Position numbers and translations under genes: made by a program
The notes under the pieces: model-generated
The model's database searches: none
Seen by the model: the letters and a program-made list of their open reading frames with translations, nothing else
What the model was told of the DNA's origin: nothing
Shown here: piece by piece, positions 1-10,248 of the stretch
How positions within the stretch are numbered: the first letter of the stretch is position 1
Layout: each line of letters starts with the position of its first letter
Assembly: GCA_963833985.1 (NCBI GenBank)
Contig: CAWIAD010000002.1
Span: 5,312,001 to 5,376,000 of the forward strand
Length of the DNA: 64,000 nt
Source: an uncultured Planctomycetaceae bacterium
GTDB taxonomy: Bacteria; Planctomycetota; Planctomycetia; Isosphaerales; Isosphaeraceae
Reading direction: 5' to 3'

Positions 1-245
1 ATCCAGACGTTGCTTGTCGTCGGATCCGTGAACCAGAGCTTCCCGCTGGACTGGACAATCGCCGCGGGACTGCTTGAAGGAGATGATGGGTACGCGACGA
101 TGTTGGCCGAGAGCAGGCAGCGCGACTCCAGGGCATCCACTCCTAGCTGCCGCGCCCGTCCCCGCTTTGACTGCGAACGTACATGCGTGATACCTGGATG
201 GGACGATTGCCCGCGGCGCGTGACCCATACAGACAAGCTTCTCAT
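1..245 (-). CDS. 5' part of a planctomycete extracellular protein (runs off the window); probable Vgb-lyase-like/beta-propeller repeats
   Basis: Manual translation from ATG at 245: MRSLSVWVTRRGQSSHPGITHVRSQSKRGRARQLGVDALESRCLLSANIVAYPSSPSSSPAAIVQSSGKLWFTDPTT. It has the planctomycete RRLxxExLExRxLLS-type signal followed by a 'GKLWFTD' repeat motif. Absent from the ORF track. Confidence 0.7.
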   Translation of the reverse strand, partial: MRSLSVWVTRRGQSSHPGITHVRSQSKRGRARQLGVDALESRCLLSANIVAYPSSPSSSPAAIVQSSGKLWFTDPTTSNVW

Positions 246-534
246 GGATGTGATTCCCTGGTGTGCGATTTTGACAGCAACTCTGGACCGAAGAATAGGC
301 ATTCGTAAATCTTCAATCAACCGAACTCAACCAATGTCGCGTTTTAGCAACAAAGGCTTCTCCCTCACGTGCCGTCTGAAGCGACCATGACGAATAGAAG
401 ACCGGGCGGCTTCGTGGCCCGTTAGAAAGGAGGTTGGATCGAAGCAAGATTCCATCCCCCACCAGTTGGGTGGCCGTTTGCAGGGGCCTCAGACTCGTCG
501 GGCTACGTCCGACCGTCCGCCGTCGAATGTGGCG

Positions 535-2087
535 TCAGACGTTGTACAGCTCGCCGTACCTCTGCCGTAACGACGCGATGAGCGGCTCATGGTGCGGCCT
601 GGCACCGGTTGCCCGCTCAATCAGTGCAACGGGTCGGTAACGTTGGCCGTGGCGATGGATGCGCTCGCGCAACCAGTGCAGCAGCGCTCCATAGTCTCCG
701 CGGGCGAATTCCTTGTCCAGGTCGGGCAGGTCATGTCGCGCCGAAGCGATGAGCTGCGCGGCGTAGATGTTGCCCAGCGTGTATGTGGGAAAATAGCCAA
801 AGAGCCCGGCGCTCCAGTGAATGTCCTGGAGGCAGCCAACGGCATCGGATTCGGGACGCAATCCCAGTGCCTCCTGGTACTTCTGGTTCCAGGCGAAGGG
901 CAGGTCCTCGATCGGCAAATCTCCGGAGAGGAGGGCCAGCTCCAGCTCGAAGCGGATGATGATGTGCAGGTTGTATGTGACCTCGTCCGCCTGGACCCGG
1001 ATGAGACTGGGCGTCACATGGTTCACCGCGGCCAGGAACTGCTCGAGGCTGACATCGTGGAGGGTCTGGTGGAACACGCGGCGAGCCATCGGGAACCAGT
1101 AAATCCAGAACGGTCGGCTGCGCCCGACCGCGTTTTCCCAGAGCCGCGATTGTGATTCATGCACACCCAGCGACGCTGCTTCACCCAGCGGCGTCCCGTA
1201 ATGCTCGGCAGGTAGCCCCTGCTCGTAAAGTGCATGCCCCGTTTCGTGCAGGATGCCGAAAAAAGCGTCGCCGAATTGCCGCTCATCGTATCGTGTGGTG
1301 ATCCGGGTGTCACCCGGGCCAATTCCGGTGCAGAAAGGGTGGGCCGTGACGTCGAGCCGGCCGCACCCGAAGTCGAAGCCGAGCGCCGCGGCAACGGCTT
1401 CCCCGAAGATCCGCTGGCGCTCCAGCGGATAAGCCCGGCTGAGAATCGAATCTGCGGCCGGCCGCGAGCCGGACGCATCGAGGGCCTGTACGAGTGGGAC
1501 CAGCTCCCGGCGCAGCGCCTCAAATAACACGGCCAGCTCGGACGACCGCGCACCCGGTTCGTACTCTTCCAGCAGCGGGTCATAAACTGCATGCCCGGGA
1601 TCGTGGTGTCTGCCATCCTGGCAGCGCCGGCGGCGCCCAAACACGCCGATTCCTGACGCTTGAGCTCGAGAACCTGTTCGAGCCATGGCTTGAACTGATC
1701 GAATTGATTGTCGCGCCTGGCCGCGATCCAGGCTTGCTGCGCAAGTGAAGTGGTGCGTGCGATCGCTTCGACTAACGCACGAGGCAGCTTACGTTTACGC
1801 TCATAAACGCGGCGCAGCTCGCGGACGTTGGACGCTTCTGGCGACTGGGGATCAATCGTTGATTCCGAGTTCTCGACCGCCTCCAGCAGTTCACTGTATC
1901 GAGGATCGGTAGCCCGTTCATGTAGAATGCCGGCCAGCAAAGCCAGTTGCTCACCCCGGTGCGCCGCGCCGCCCACGGGCAGCCAGGTCTGCTCGTCCCA
2001 GTGCAATACCGCGGAGCAGGATAAGAGCACCGCAAGTTCGCGTGCACGGCGGATGAGCTCCGGATAGGCTTCAAGGGCTTGGGTCAT
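535..2087 (-). CDS. Carboxypeptidase, M32 (Taq) family; split by a frameshift near 1590-1610
   Basis: N-terminus 'LHWDEQTWLPxGGAAHRGEQLA' is in ORF 1023..2126. C-terminus with HETGH, HESQS, IRVQADEVTYNLH and GYFPTYTLG is in ORF 535..1686. Confidence 0.9.
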
Positions 2088-2246
2088 ACCGGATACCAGG
2101 AAGAGAGGCCGCGGGGCGCATTCCAAAAAAAAGCGAGGCGAGGGCCCGTAAGCCCTCGCCTGCAGAAACGAACCCCCGGATCCAGGTCCAGGTCGTCACA
2201 TCTGGCCTCCCGCGAAGAGCCCGTGCGGGATCTTCGCGGCAGATCA

Positions 2247-2927
2247 TCAAGCGACCGCGGAACGCTTGAAGAACCGGCGGAAGGTGAACAGACCGCTCAG
2301 GCCGATGCCGAGCAGGGCCATCGAGGCGGGCTCGGGAATCGCACTGTAAGACCCCGACGCCTCCACGATCAGGCCGGTCGTGAAACCGAACACGTTCCGG
2401 GTGTCGAAGGTCAGCGTGTTGGTGCCGAGCTTGAACGGATCGGAGCCGGTCAGAGTGAACGACGTCAGCGGACCGATCGGGCCGAGCGGGCCGCTCAGTC
2501 CCAACTTCGTGCCGTTGAGCTCGATGTTGGTGAGCTGATCGTCGACAGAGATCTTCAGGTTGACAAGCACGGTCGCCAGGTTCGCGCCTGGGCCGATGGT
2601 GAAGGTGGTCTGGTAGCTGTACGGACCGTTCGGCTCGGTGGCGTTGGGTACCGGCGCGTCCCACTGGGCAGTCGGGGTGTTCACCCACGGGGGAAACGGA
2701 AACATGGTAGGATTGGCAACCTTGGCATCGTTGCCAGCCGGCGCAGCCGGGTCCGACGACACGGTGAGCATGTAATGAGTGTCGGTGGCATCGGGGGCGA
2801 GCAAGGCATGAGAGTTATCGACGCCCGTGCTGTACAGGTCGGCGATCGTAACCGTGCCCGCTCGCGCCTGGCCGGCGGTCAACGCAACCGCCAGGCCGAA
2901 CGAGAGCAACAGGGACTTCTTGAGCAT
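2247..2927 (-). CDS. PEP-CTERM sorting domain protein
   Basis: Signal peptide plus C-terminal IPEPASMALLGIGLSGLFTFRRFFKR. Confidence 0.9.
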   Translation of the reverse strand: MLKKSLLLSFGLAVALTAGQARAGTVTIADLYSTGVDNSHALLAPDATDTHYMLTVSSDPAAPAGNDAKVANPTMFPFPPWVNTPTAQWDAPVPNATEPNGPYSYQTTFTIGPGANLATVLVNLKISVDDQLTNIELNGTKLGLSGPLGPIGPLTSFTLTGSDPFKLGTNTLTFDTRNVFGFTTGLIVEASGSYSAIPEPASMALLGIGLSGLFTFRRFFKRSAVA

Positions 2928-3775
2928 CTAATCTGCCTCCAAGGAATCAGGAAACGAGGAAAAGCTCTGGCTGCCAGATTCGTCGCGATCTGACGATGAA
3001 GAGACTCACATGAAGTCAAACCACCGATCGCGGTCACCGAGTGCCCCGGGAGGTTGCGAGAATGTAGCCTCAATAGGATCCAATGCGTTACACGCTGAGG
3101 TACCCTTGGGCCGCGAGGGCCGACCGGCCTGCCTTCGCTCAGTAAGCGACGTCAACGGTCTCCTCGCCTCTACAACCAGCCCGATCCACAGAACCACCCC
3201 GGGGCACGATCATAACAGAGACGCCCGAGCATGCGTCAAGATCACCAGGAACCACGCGTACCGACGCTCGATTCGGTCTTGGCTTGATTTCCCGGACTTC
3301 ACCGGTCCTATGACGGCAAAAGACAACCGATGGCTCAAACAAGACGCGGAATCCAAACAGATCAGAACCAGGTTCTGTTCAAGCCAAACTTAATGGGTCA
3401 TTTGCAGAATCAGACAGGCTTGGGTCGCTACCGTTCCTTTGTGCTCTTCGTGAACGCACCGATAATCACCCAGGGACGAGTCTCGTTACACCAGGGATGA
3501 AACTCAAAACTTGTACCTGGCGAACGGTTTCCGACCTATCGGCATGCCTCTAACTGCTTCGTCGGCCCTTTGTACTTTATCTCCGGCGGGAAATCCACCC
3601 AAATCAGATGATGTGACAAAAAGCACCAAGAACTTCACGCCGTCCACAACCTGATGTTGAAAAAAGTCTTCAGTGACAAGGATTCATAGCACCGTGCATC
3701 GTGAGCAGCGTGCACGGCTGCTCACTACGGGGAAGAGATTTCGGTGTCCCGCTTCCCGCATTGCGAGGGACATGT

Positions 3776-5851
3776 TCAGAACGGCGGTGGAACGGCCGCG
3801 TCTGGGAGCGAGGGAACTTCCCGGCTCGTCAATTCGACATCTCCGTCCAGTGGTGTGCGCAGGCGGATGCCGCGATAATGGGCAATCCGCTGGGGACCCT
3901 CACGGAACCGGCTCTTGCTGAGTTCTGGAATGGCTGCATGGAGGTCGCGACCGAAGGCCGGCTCGTCACCAATGGCGTCGCGGCCTTGCTCCTGGCACCA
4001 GCTTCGCCAGGCGTCGTAGAGTGCCGCGACTGACACCTGTTCACCGGCACCGAGGACACAACGATCGCGCAGAAACGCTCCGATGGGGCTGCCCAGGTCC
4101 TCCATCGCGGCCATGAGAGCGCGGCCCGATTGCGGCTGCAAGAACCGCCCCCGCTCCCTGAGGCGCTGCCAGCCCTCCAGGGCCCAGAGCAGGATGCCCG
4201 GCAGCTCCCGGAGCAACCGTTCGTACAGGCCCGTATCTTCGCGGTCGTAGAACGATCGGGTGAACCGCAGCAGGATGAGCCGGCTCGCCAGGGCCCCGCT
4301 GGCATCACGTAACCGCGGCAGCTCATTGGAGATGAGCACGAAGCGCGTGGGCAGCCGGCCCGTCCAGGCCGGCAAGTGTTTGCGATCGATGGTCTGGTCG
4401 TCCTCGCCGCTGATCGAGAGCAAGCATTCCACGATGGCGGCATTGTCGGGCCGGCTGGAAAGCCGGGCGTCCGGAAAGATGGCCACCGGTTTGTCGATCA
4501 GCACGGACAGCCCGAACGGCCGTGCCAGAGTCGAAAGGGTTGGATTCGCGACGTTATTCGCCCCCACGAGCGCCTTGAGCACCCGCGCGATGGTTCCCCG
4601 GCCCGACCGCTTCGGGCCCACCAGCATGGCGATCTTCTGCTGACGCGTGTCCGTGGTCAGCAGGTAGCCGAACCACTCCTGCAAGCAGGCAATGCTCTCG
4701 ACGTCGTCTTCCCAGATCTGCCGCAGGAACGCCAGCCATTCCGCGGGCTCGCTCGCTCCGGGCACGAAATCGTAGTCCAGGGCGAAGCCGTTGAAGAACT
4801 CCGGCGTCGCCGCCAGCGTGCATGGGCGGCCCTCCACAAAAGAGGGCAGGTGAACTAGCCCGTTGCGTGCTGGCAAGATCTCCTGGACGGGCCATGGTGC
4901 GGCCCCGGCCGCATCCGGGCGGCCCGCCACCCAGGCTGGCTGCCGGGGACACTCGCTGGTGGGCACGAGGACCAGCCCCGTGATGGCCTGGACCACGTCG
5001 CTCACCATGCGCCCGGTGACCGGGATGGGCCGGAGAATCCGCTGGACGCTCGGAGAGCCGGGAGAATCCTCCCGTTTATGAAGGCGCGCTTCCATCTCCG
5101 CCTTGTATAAACGGTCGAATTCGCCGGCGAGGAATTGCGAAAGCCGTGCGCGAACCTCACTCATGGGAAGCGTGCGGTAGGCACATCCATCCCATGAATA
5201 AAACAGATCGCGCCAGTACCGCAGTCCGATCCCTCCCGGAAACGTGAAGTGGGCGTCCAGGAAGAGACGGGCCAGGCGGTGCGGGTTGGTCTCCTGGCCC
5301 ACCGGGCAGACGACGCCAGCGGCCTGGCCCGCGCGCGGCCTGGCTGCGCGGCCGCCTGCCGGCAGGGACGGCGGCCTGCCCGCGGGCGGCGGTTTCCTGT
5401 CTGATCTGAGATATCCCCTGGCGCGATCGTCGGCCGTCTTGTCAGCGCTTCTGAGCTTGTGCTCCAGCTCCTTGGGGCCCCAGGGAGGCAAGCACCGCTG
5501 GTTCCATTCCAGGAGGAACGGCCGGGCCTCGTCGATGGAGAGCCCGAACCCCTTGACGAGCACGCAGGCGACGTGGAAGGTGCGGTCATGGCCGCGCTCG
5601 CCAGAGACGGCGGGGGGAATGCGGGACAGGTAGGTGGCGATTCGCCGCGGCAGGGTGGTCGAGCGGTCATCGTGCCGGAGCGGCCCGGCCGGGGTCTTCG
5701 CCGGGTGGGAACCGGTCTGATCCGGCAAGGCCGGAGTGGGCCGCCGGGTACGAAGCCACGCGACAAGATCGAGAGGCAAGAGGGGAAGGGCAGTTCGTGA
5801 AGCTCCGCCCGGCAGTGGCTCCGGGCGGCTGTTCTCGGGGTGCATGGTCAT
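3776..5851 (-). CDS. Phage/plasmid P4-family (D5-like SF3) helicase with N-terminal PriCT-like domain
   Basis: 'LQEWFGYLL..QQKIAMLVGPKRSGRGT' (Walker A variant), 'LISNELPRL..GALASRLILLRF', N-terminal 'PPAVSGERGHDRTFHVAC..WNQRCLPPW'. Confidence 0.85.
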   Translation of the reverse strand: MTMHPENSRPEPLPGGASRTALPLLPLDLVAWLRTRRPTPALPDQTGSHPAKTPAGPLRHDDRSTTLPRRIATYLSRIPPAVSGERGHDRTFHVACVLVKGFGLSIDEARPFLLEWNQRCLPPWGPKELEHKLRSADKTADDRARGYLRSDRKPPPAGRPPSLPAGGRAARPRAGQAAGVVCPVGQETNPHRLARLFLDAHFTFPGGIGLRYWRDLFYSWDGCAYRTLPMSEVRARLSQFLAGEFDRLYKAEMEARLHKREDSPGSPSVQRILRPIPVTGRMVSDVVQAITGLVLVPTSECPRQPAWVAGRPDAAGAAPWPVQEILPARNGLVHLPSFVEGRPCTLAATPEFFNGFALDYDFVPGASEPAEWLAFLRQIWEDDVESIACLQEWFGYLLTTDTRQQKIAMLVGPKRSGRGTIARVLKALVGANNVANPTLSTLARPFGLSVLIDKPVAIFPDARLSSRPDNAAIVECLLSISGEDDQTIDRKHLPAWTGRLPTRFVLISNELPRLRDASGALASRLILLRFTRSFYDREDTGLYERLLRELPGILLWALEGWQRLRERGRFLQPQSGRALMAAMEDLGSPIGAFLRDRCVLGAGEQVSVAALYDAWRSWCQEQGRDAIGDEPAFGRDLHAAIPELSKSRFREGPQRIAHYRGIRLRTPLDGDVELTSREVPSLPDAAVPPPF

Positions 5852-5910
5852 CCGCCGGCACGATCAATTCTTGCAGGTCTTTTCAGTTGCCTTGCAAGCG
5901 AGGACGGGGT

Positions 5911-6663
5911 TCATTGGCCTGTTCCCTTACCATCCAGAGTAACCGGACGCCAGGGCCGATCAGGTCTGGAGGAGCCTTTCGCCTTGAGCGTGCCGGGCAA
6001 GCCGATCAGTCGCGCCGGGTTGACCGTGGCGGTGTCAATGACCACCGCGTGATCGTTGTACCGCCGCGCCAGCATCGAGACCGCCTCGGCAACGCAAGCC
6101 CGGTGCGCAGGGTCATTCGGGTAGTCAGGTAAACGGATCAGGACCCAGCAACCGTTCCCGGATCGGCCCCAGAGCGCGGCAGACGCCAGCTCCGGGCAGT
6201 CCGTAAGGATCGCGTCGCGCCGGGCCACTGCTGCCGCCAGCTCCGCGTCGGTGCTGCTGGTGTCCGGGGGGCGTACCGGGTCGATGTCAAGAAAAAGCCA
6301 GCGCAGGCAGGCGATGTTGTCGTCGCGGGTGGTGTGCCGGGCCCGTGCCAGGCGGTGGTCGCAGCGTGCCAGCAGATCGCGGCGCACCGGATTGATGGTG
6401 ACGTATGCCGAGACGCCGCGGAGCCTGCGGGAGTGCGCGATCAATTGCTCCACATCCTCGTACCATCCGGAAATCGTGGCGCCACCCTGATGCAGGCCCA
6501 GCTCCGCCGCGCGGTGAACGTTCCCCCGGCGGTCGAATCCCGCGTGCAGGATACGCAGTTCCGTGCAGCCCACCTCCGGCGCTCGCAAGAGCGACAGGAA
6601 CTCTCGTGTCGCCCCCGGATCGCCCGCGGCAGGCAGCGATGAGGCCGTGTGCAGCGTGTTCAC
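5911..6663 (-). CDS. Putative primase/PrimPol-like (RepB-like) catalytic protein
   Basis: 'YVTINP', 'WLFLDIDP', 'SGNGCWVL', 'NPARLIGLPGT' motifs. GTG start overlaps the sigma gene stop (GTGA). Confidence 0.65.
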   Translation of the reverse strand: MNTLHTASSLPAAGDPGATREFLSLLRAPEVGCTELRILHAGFDRRGNVHRAAELGLHQGGATISGWYEDVEQLIAHSRRLRGVSAYVTINPVRRDLLARCDHRLARARHTTRDDNIACLRWLFLDIDPVRPPDTSSTDAELAAAVARRDAILTDCPELASAALWGRSGNGCWVLIRLPDYPNDPAHRACVAEAVSMLARRYNDHAVVIDTATVNPARLIGLPGTLKAKGSSRPDRPWRPVTLDGKGTGQ

Positions 6664-7685
6664 GAGAGGCACTTTCTGAACGCCGTGCGCAATTTCTCCA
6701 TGGCGGTTCGCTCGAGCTTGCGGACCAGGTGGACCGAGATGCCCAGGGCCCGGCCGAGGCGGGTATAAGTCCATGGATCCGGGGGAAGAGGCGGCACTGA
6801 GCCCGGCTGCGCATCGGCATCCTGAGGATCGTCCAGGCCGTAACGCCGGCGGATCAGCCAGGCCTCGAGCGGCGTCAGGCTTGCCAGCGCTGCGTGCATC
6901 TCGTCGAGCAGCTCGATCCGCTCGCATTCCTCCTCCGGATTGGAAGGGTCGGCGATGATGTCCTCGAGTGAGATCGGTTCGCCATATTCGTTGATGCCAT
7001 AATACGACGAGCGAGAAATCCGCGACTGGTCCAGAAGCTCGAGCTGGCGGCTAGTCAGCCTGGGCTCGTCGTTGTCCGCGGTGGGAGTGCTCGATGCATC
7101 GACCGGAACCAGGGCGGACTCGCCCGAGCACTGGCGCTGCTCCGCTTCGCGGCGCGACTTGATGCTCAGCCGGAACAGATAATCAGGCATTCGGATGAGC
7201 GAGAAATTGGCGGCCACGGCGCGCTGGATGCTGTTCTTGATCCAGTACATCGCATACGTGGAAAAACGCGTGTTGTGGGTTTCCGGTTCGAACCGCTCGG
7301 CCGCCTTGATGAGACCCTGGGTACCTTCCTGGATGAGGTCTTCGAGAGTGGCCCCGAACGAGTAGTAGCGTCTGGCGATGATGGTGACCAGCCGCTGGTT
7401 CGCCAGGATCAGGGCGTCGCGAGCGGCCAGGTCGCCGGCTTTGACCCGCACCGCCAGCGCATTTTGTTCGGCTGCGGAGAGAATGTCTGGCCGCGTCAAC
7501 GGAGCATATACGGGCCTGGCTACCTGGTGGCTGGCGTCCGCGGTTTCGGCCTGCCCAGCCTGCTCACCGGGCCGGCTGCCATGGGGGCGGCCTTTGGACC
7601 AGAACCGGGCTTTGCGGCGCCTCGCCAACCGCGGCGCCGGCCTCGCGGGATAGGGTTCCGGGCAACCTGTCAACGTTGCGATCAT
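6660..7685 (-). CDS. RNA polymerase sigma-70 family factor
   Basis: Region 2 'ANQRLVTIIARRY..EDLIQEGTQGLIKAAERFEP..RFSTYAMYWI' and region 4 HTH 'TYTRLGRALGISVHLVRKLE'. GAGGA RBS. Confidence 0.9.
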   Translation of the reverse strand: MIATLTGCPEPYPARPAPRLARRRKARFWSKGRPHGSRPGEQAGQAETADASHQVARPVYAPLTRPDILSAAEQNALAVRVKAGDLAARDALILANQRLVTIIARRYYSFGATLEDLIQEGTQGLIKAAERFEPETHNTRFSTYAMYWIKNSIQRAVAANFSLIRMPDYLFRLSIKSRREAEQRQCSGESALVPVDASSTPTADNDEPRLTSRQLELLDQSRISRSSYYGINEYGEPISLEDIIADPSNPEEECERIELLDEMHAALASLTPLEAWLIRRRYGLDDPQDADAQPGSVPPLPPDPWTYTRLGRALGISVHLVRKLERTAMEKLRTAFRKCLS

Positions 7686-7737
7686 GTTGATTTCCTCGAC
7701 TATTGCGGGCTGCGCGCCGGGTGTCTTGCTTGGTGAG

Positions 7738-8280
7738 TCAGACCGAGGCCGCCTTGCTCCGATCGCGAGCCGGAACCTGCCAGATGACCCGCAGCCGCCC
7801 GGGTGCGCTGTGGCCGGGCCCGACGCGGACGCTCCAGCGGCCCTCGGCCACGCCCTCGACGGCACTGCGGGCCGTGGGAAAGCTGCGGCTCACCGGTTCC
7901 GCGCCAACATGAGCGGCCCGGCGCACGTACCATCGCCCGGCGATGTGCCCCGCGTGGTACTGCTGAACGAACCGGGGAGTGTAGACGACAAGCTCTTCGC
8001 CGGTGAACCGATCGAGCACCCGCAGGCGGCCGTCGGGCTCGCGCGGTGCGACATGCAGCCGCGAGATCAGGGGATTGTGAATCGGCAAAAGCGTCAACAT
8101 CGCCAGGGCGCCGCGGGACGAGCTCGATGCGCGGCGGGAGCGCCCGCGGGATCGAGGGGCGGGCAAGGCGGGCGCTCCAGCGGGCAGGCCGGTGCCGGCT
8201 CCCTCGGCCGGTCCGGCGGGCGGGTGCGGTGCCGTGGCCGGCCGGGCCGGGCCGAGACGCGATTGTGTAGTGAGCGACAT
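7738..8280 (-). CDS. Hypothetical protein
   Basis: GAGGAGG RBS before ATG 8280; co-oriented within the operon. Confidence 0.55.
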   Translation of the reverse strand: MSLTTQSRLGPARPATAPHPPAGPAEGAGTGLPAGAPALPAPRSRGRSRRASSSSRGALAMLTLLPIHNPLISRLHVAPREPDGRLRVLDRFTGEELVVYTPRFVQQYHAGHIAGRWYVRRAAHVGAEPVSRSFPTARSAVEGVAEGRWSVRVGPGHSAPGRLRVIWQVPARDRSKAASV

Positions 8281-8335
8281 GGCCGTGAGCCTCCTCATCT
8301 GGAACAGTGTGAGGCGAGTCTTTCAGGAATTGCGA

Positions 8336-9082
8336 TCAGCCCTGGCGCACGACGGCTGGACCGCCGCGACGAGTCCAGAGCATCGGCACGACTGCCGGCG
8401 GCGAAGCACCCGGGCCTCCCCATGCGGAGGGCACGTCCGCGGCGAGCCGGCGCAGCAACTCGGGAGCGTTGTCGCCAGGCCGCATGGACCGGGCAAAGAC
8501 CTCGAGCGCCAGCGCGGCTTGCTCTCCCCGACCGCTGCCCAGTCGCTTGATCCATGCAAAGGGCCGTGCGTCGTCCTGGAAGGCGAGTTCGGCGACCAGC
8601 TTCAGCGCGGCGATCGAACACTTGCCGTCGCGGCGGACGAGCTCGACGGGAATCGCGCTCCATCTCCAGTCCAGGATGGCTCCGTCGAGCTGGGCTCCGG
8701 TGAGCACGGCGCCGCGGAGGTCGGCCCCCACCAGCCGCGCCCCGGCGAGGTTCGCCTGGCGCAGGTCCGCGCTGCGGAGGTCGGCCTGGCGGAGATCGGC
8801 AAGGGCCAGAGAGGCGCCGCGGAGATCGGCCCCCACCAGCCTGGCGGCCCGCAGGTCCGCCTTCCGGAGATTGACGCGGACCAGCTCGCTGCCGCCCAGA
8901 TCGGCGCCGCGGAAGTCTCCCTCCTCCAGATCGGCCGCCTGCACCTTGATTCCTTTCAGGTCGGCGTAGAGCATCCTCACGCCCCTGGCCACGGCCAGTT
9001 CCAGGGCCTGCGGATAGGTATCGGCCTCCACCATTGCGATCGGCCGCGTACTCCAGCGATGAAAGATCGGGAAAGTCATCAT
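8336..9082 (-). CDS. Pentapeptide repeat protein
   Basis: Long run of A(D/N)LxG repeats. Confidence 0.85.
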   Translation of the reverse strand: MMTFPIFHRWSTRPIAMVEADTYPQALELAVARGVRMLYADLKGIKVQAADLEEGDFRGADLGGSELVRVNLRKADLRAARLVGADLRGASLALADLRQADLRSADLRQANLAGARLVGADLRGAVLTGAQLDGAILDWRWSAIPVELVRRDGKCSIAALKLVAELAFQDDARPFAWIKRLGSGRGEQAALALEVFARSMRPGDNAPELLRRLAADVPSAWGGPGASPPAVVPMLWTRRGGPAVVRQG

Positions 9083-9336
9083 GGCATGAGCCTTCTTGAA
9101 AGCAAACCGGCGAGAATCGGCTTCGGCGCGTACCATCTCCGTGTCAGGCTGGCGGGCGGCGCCCAGTCTGAATGGTTTCATCACGACTTACTGACGTGGT
9201 GGACTGAGAATGTGTTTGCGGCCCGGTGCCGGAGCCCCGGCAGGCGATGGCGGGGCTCCGGCTCGCACACGGGCTCACCGGGACAGCGTCGTCCCGGGTC
9301 GTCGACCTGCAAGGCGAGCAGGGCGGGAGAAAGCGA

Positions 9337-9549
9337 TCAACCGGGACCGACGGGCCCCGAAGGCCTGATCGGCGGCTGGACTATCGGCGGATCATCGGTC
9401 GGCAGGTCGCCCGGATCGTCCTCGGGGTCCGGCAGCGGCTCGTCGCCGGGCGGCGCGACCACCGTATGCGCGACCAGACTGCTGAGGCTCAGCTTGGTTT
9501 CCAGCGCGTCAAAGGCGCTCATTCCCTCGATGACAAACATGCGGCACAT
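9337..9549 (-). CDS. Small acidic, Pro-rich protein
   Basis: GAGAGGGG RBS; 'FDALETKLSLS' motif; C-terminus 'PPIVQPPIRPSGPVGPG'. Confidence 0.5.
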   Translation of the reverse strand: MCRMFVIEGMSAFDALETKLSLSSLVAHTVVAPPGDEPLPDPEDDPGDLPTDDPPIVQPPIRPSGPVGPG

Positions 9550-9654
9550 CAGGATGCCCCCTCTCTCGAAGTTGTTGTTCCCGGTTCCGAAGAACCAGCC
9601 TTATGAAACAATCAGGCCACCGGCCTGGTTGTCTCCGTTACCTCCCGCTCACTG

Positions 9655-9730
9655 CAACTGTCTCCCGTATAATCTGGATATTGTGTTGTGAAGTTGCAGG
9701 AAAATGGGAATTCTTTGGAAGATTTTCCGC
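9655..9730. promoter_or_regulatory. AT-rich intergenic segment with an inverted repeat, upstream of the sigma/primase module
   Basis: GGAAAAT (9699-9705) and ATTTTCC (9722-9728) in an AT-rich gap. Confidence 0.3.
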
Positions 9731-9908
9731 AGAGGGCTGAACCAGCCCGATCCGCCGGGATTGCCCCGGCAGCAAGGTCCATCAGTGCCTGGCGTGTGCC
9801 AGGTCCCGCAGGAGAGTGGGAGCGTTGATTTGCTGCGCTCTTGCAAGTCAGGGAGTGGCTTGCGGCAAAAGTGACGTGCCCGGAGTATGCCACTCCCATC
9901 AACGCGTC

Positions 9909-10202
9909 TCAGCCGGCGTCGCGCGACAGGTCCCCACGCAGAATACGAGCGACCCGTTCGCATGCGGCGATATACATCTGGTCGAACGCGAACTGGACTC
10001 GTGCGCTCGGATCGGTCTCGTGGTTGCGAAGCTGCAAGAGCGGAACGACGGCCTTCAGCCAGAGCCGGTTCTGAACGTCCGCGTCAGTGGTATCGAGACA
10101 CAGGTCCGCGGCGCCAGGGTCTTCTGCCTCGGTCCGGGCAGCTGCCGCTTCGGTGTCGGCATCATCGGATGGATCGGGAGTACTGGATGCTTCGGGATTC
10201 AT
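9909..10202 (-). CDS. Hypothetical protein
   Basis: Co-oriented ORF with an acidic N-terminus and a helical-looking C-terminus. Confidence 0.5.
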   Translation of the reverse strand: MNPEASSTPDPSDDADTEAAAARTEAEDPGAADLCLDTTDADVQNRLWLKAVVPLLQLRNHETDPSARVQFAFDQMYIAACERVARILRGDLSRDAG

Positions 10203-10248
10203 GGCCGTCTCACTTCTGGGCGATGAGGACACGCGCCGGGCAGCGGGC

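Noticed and set aside
3390..3775. tRNA or att site at the cluster boundary
   Set aside because: No cloverleaf and no direct repeat matching 38300-38620 found by eye; a computed search could still reveal a short core.
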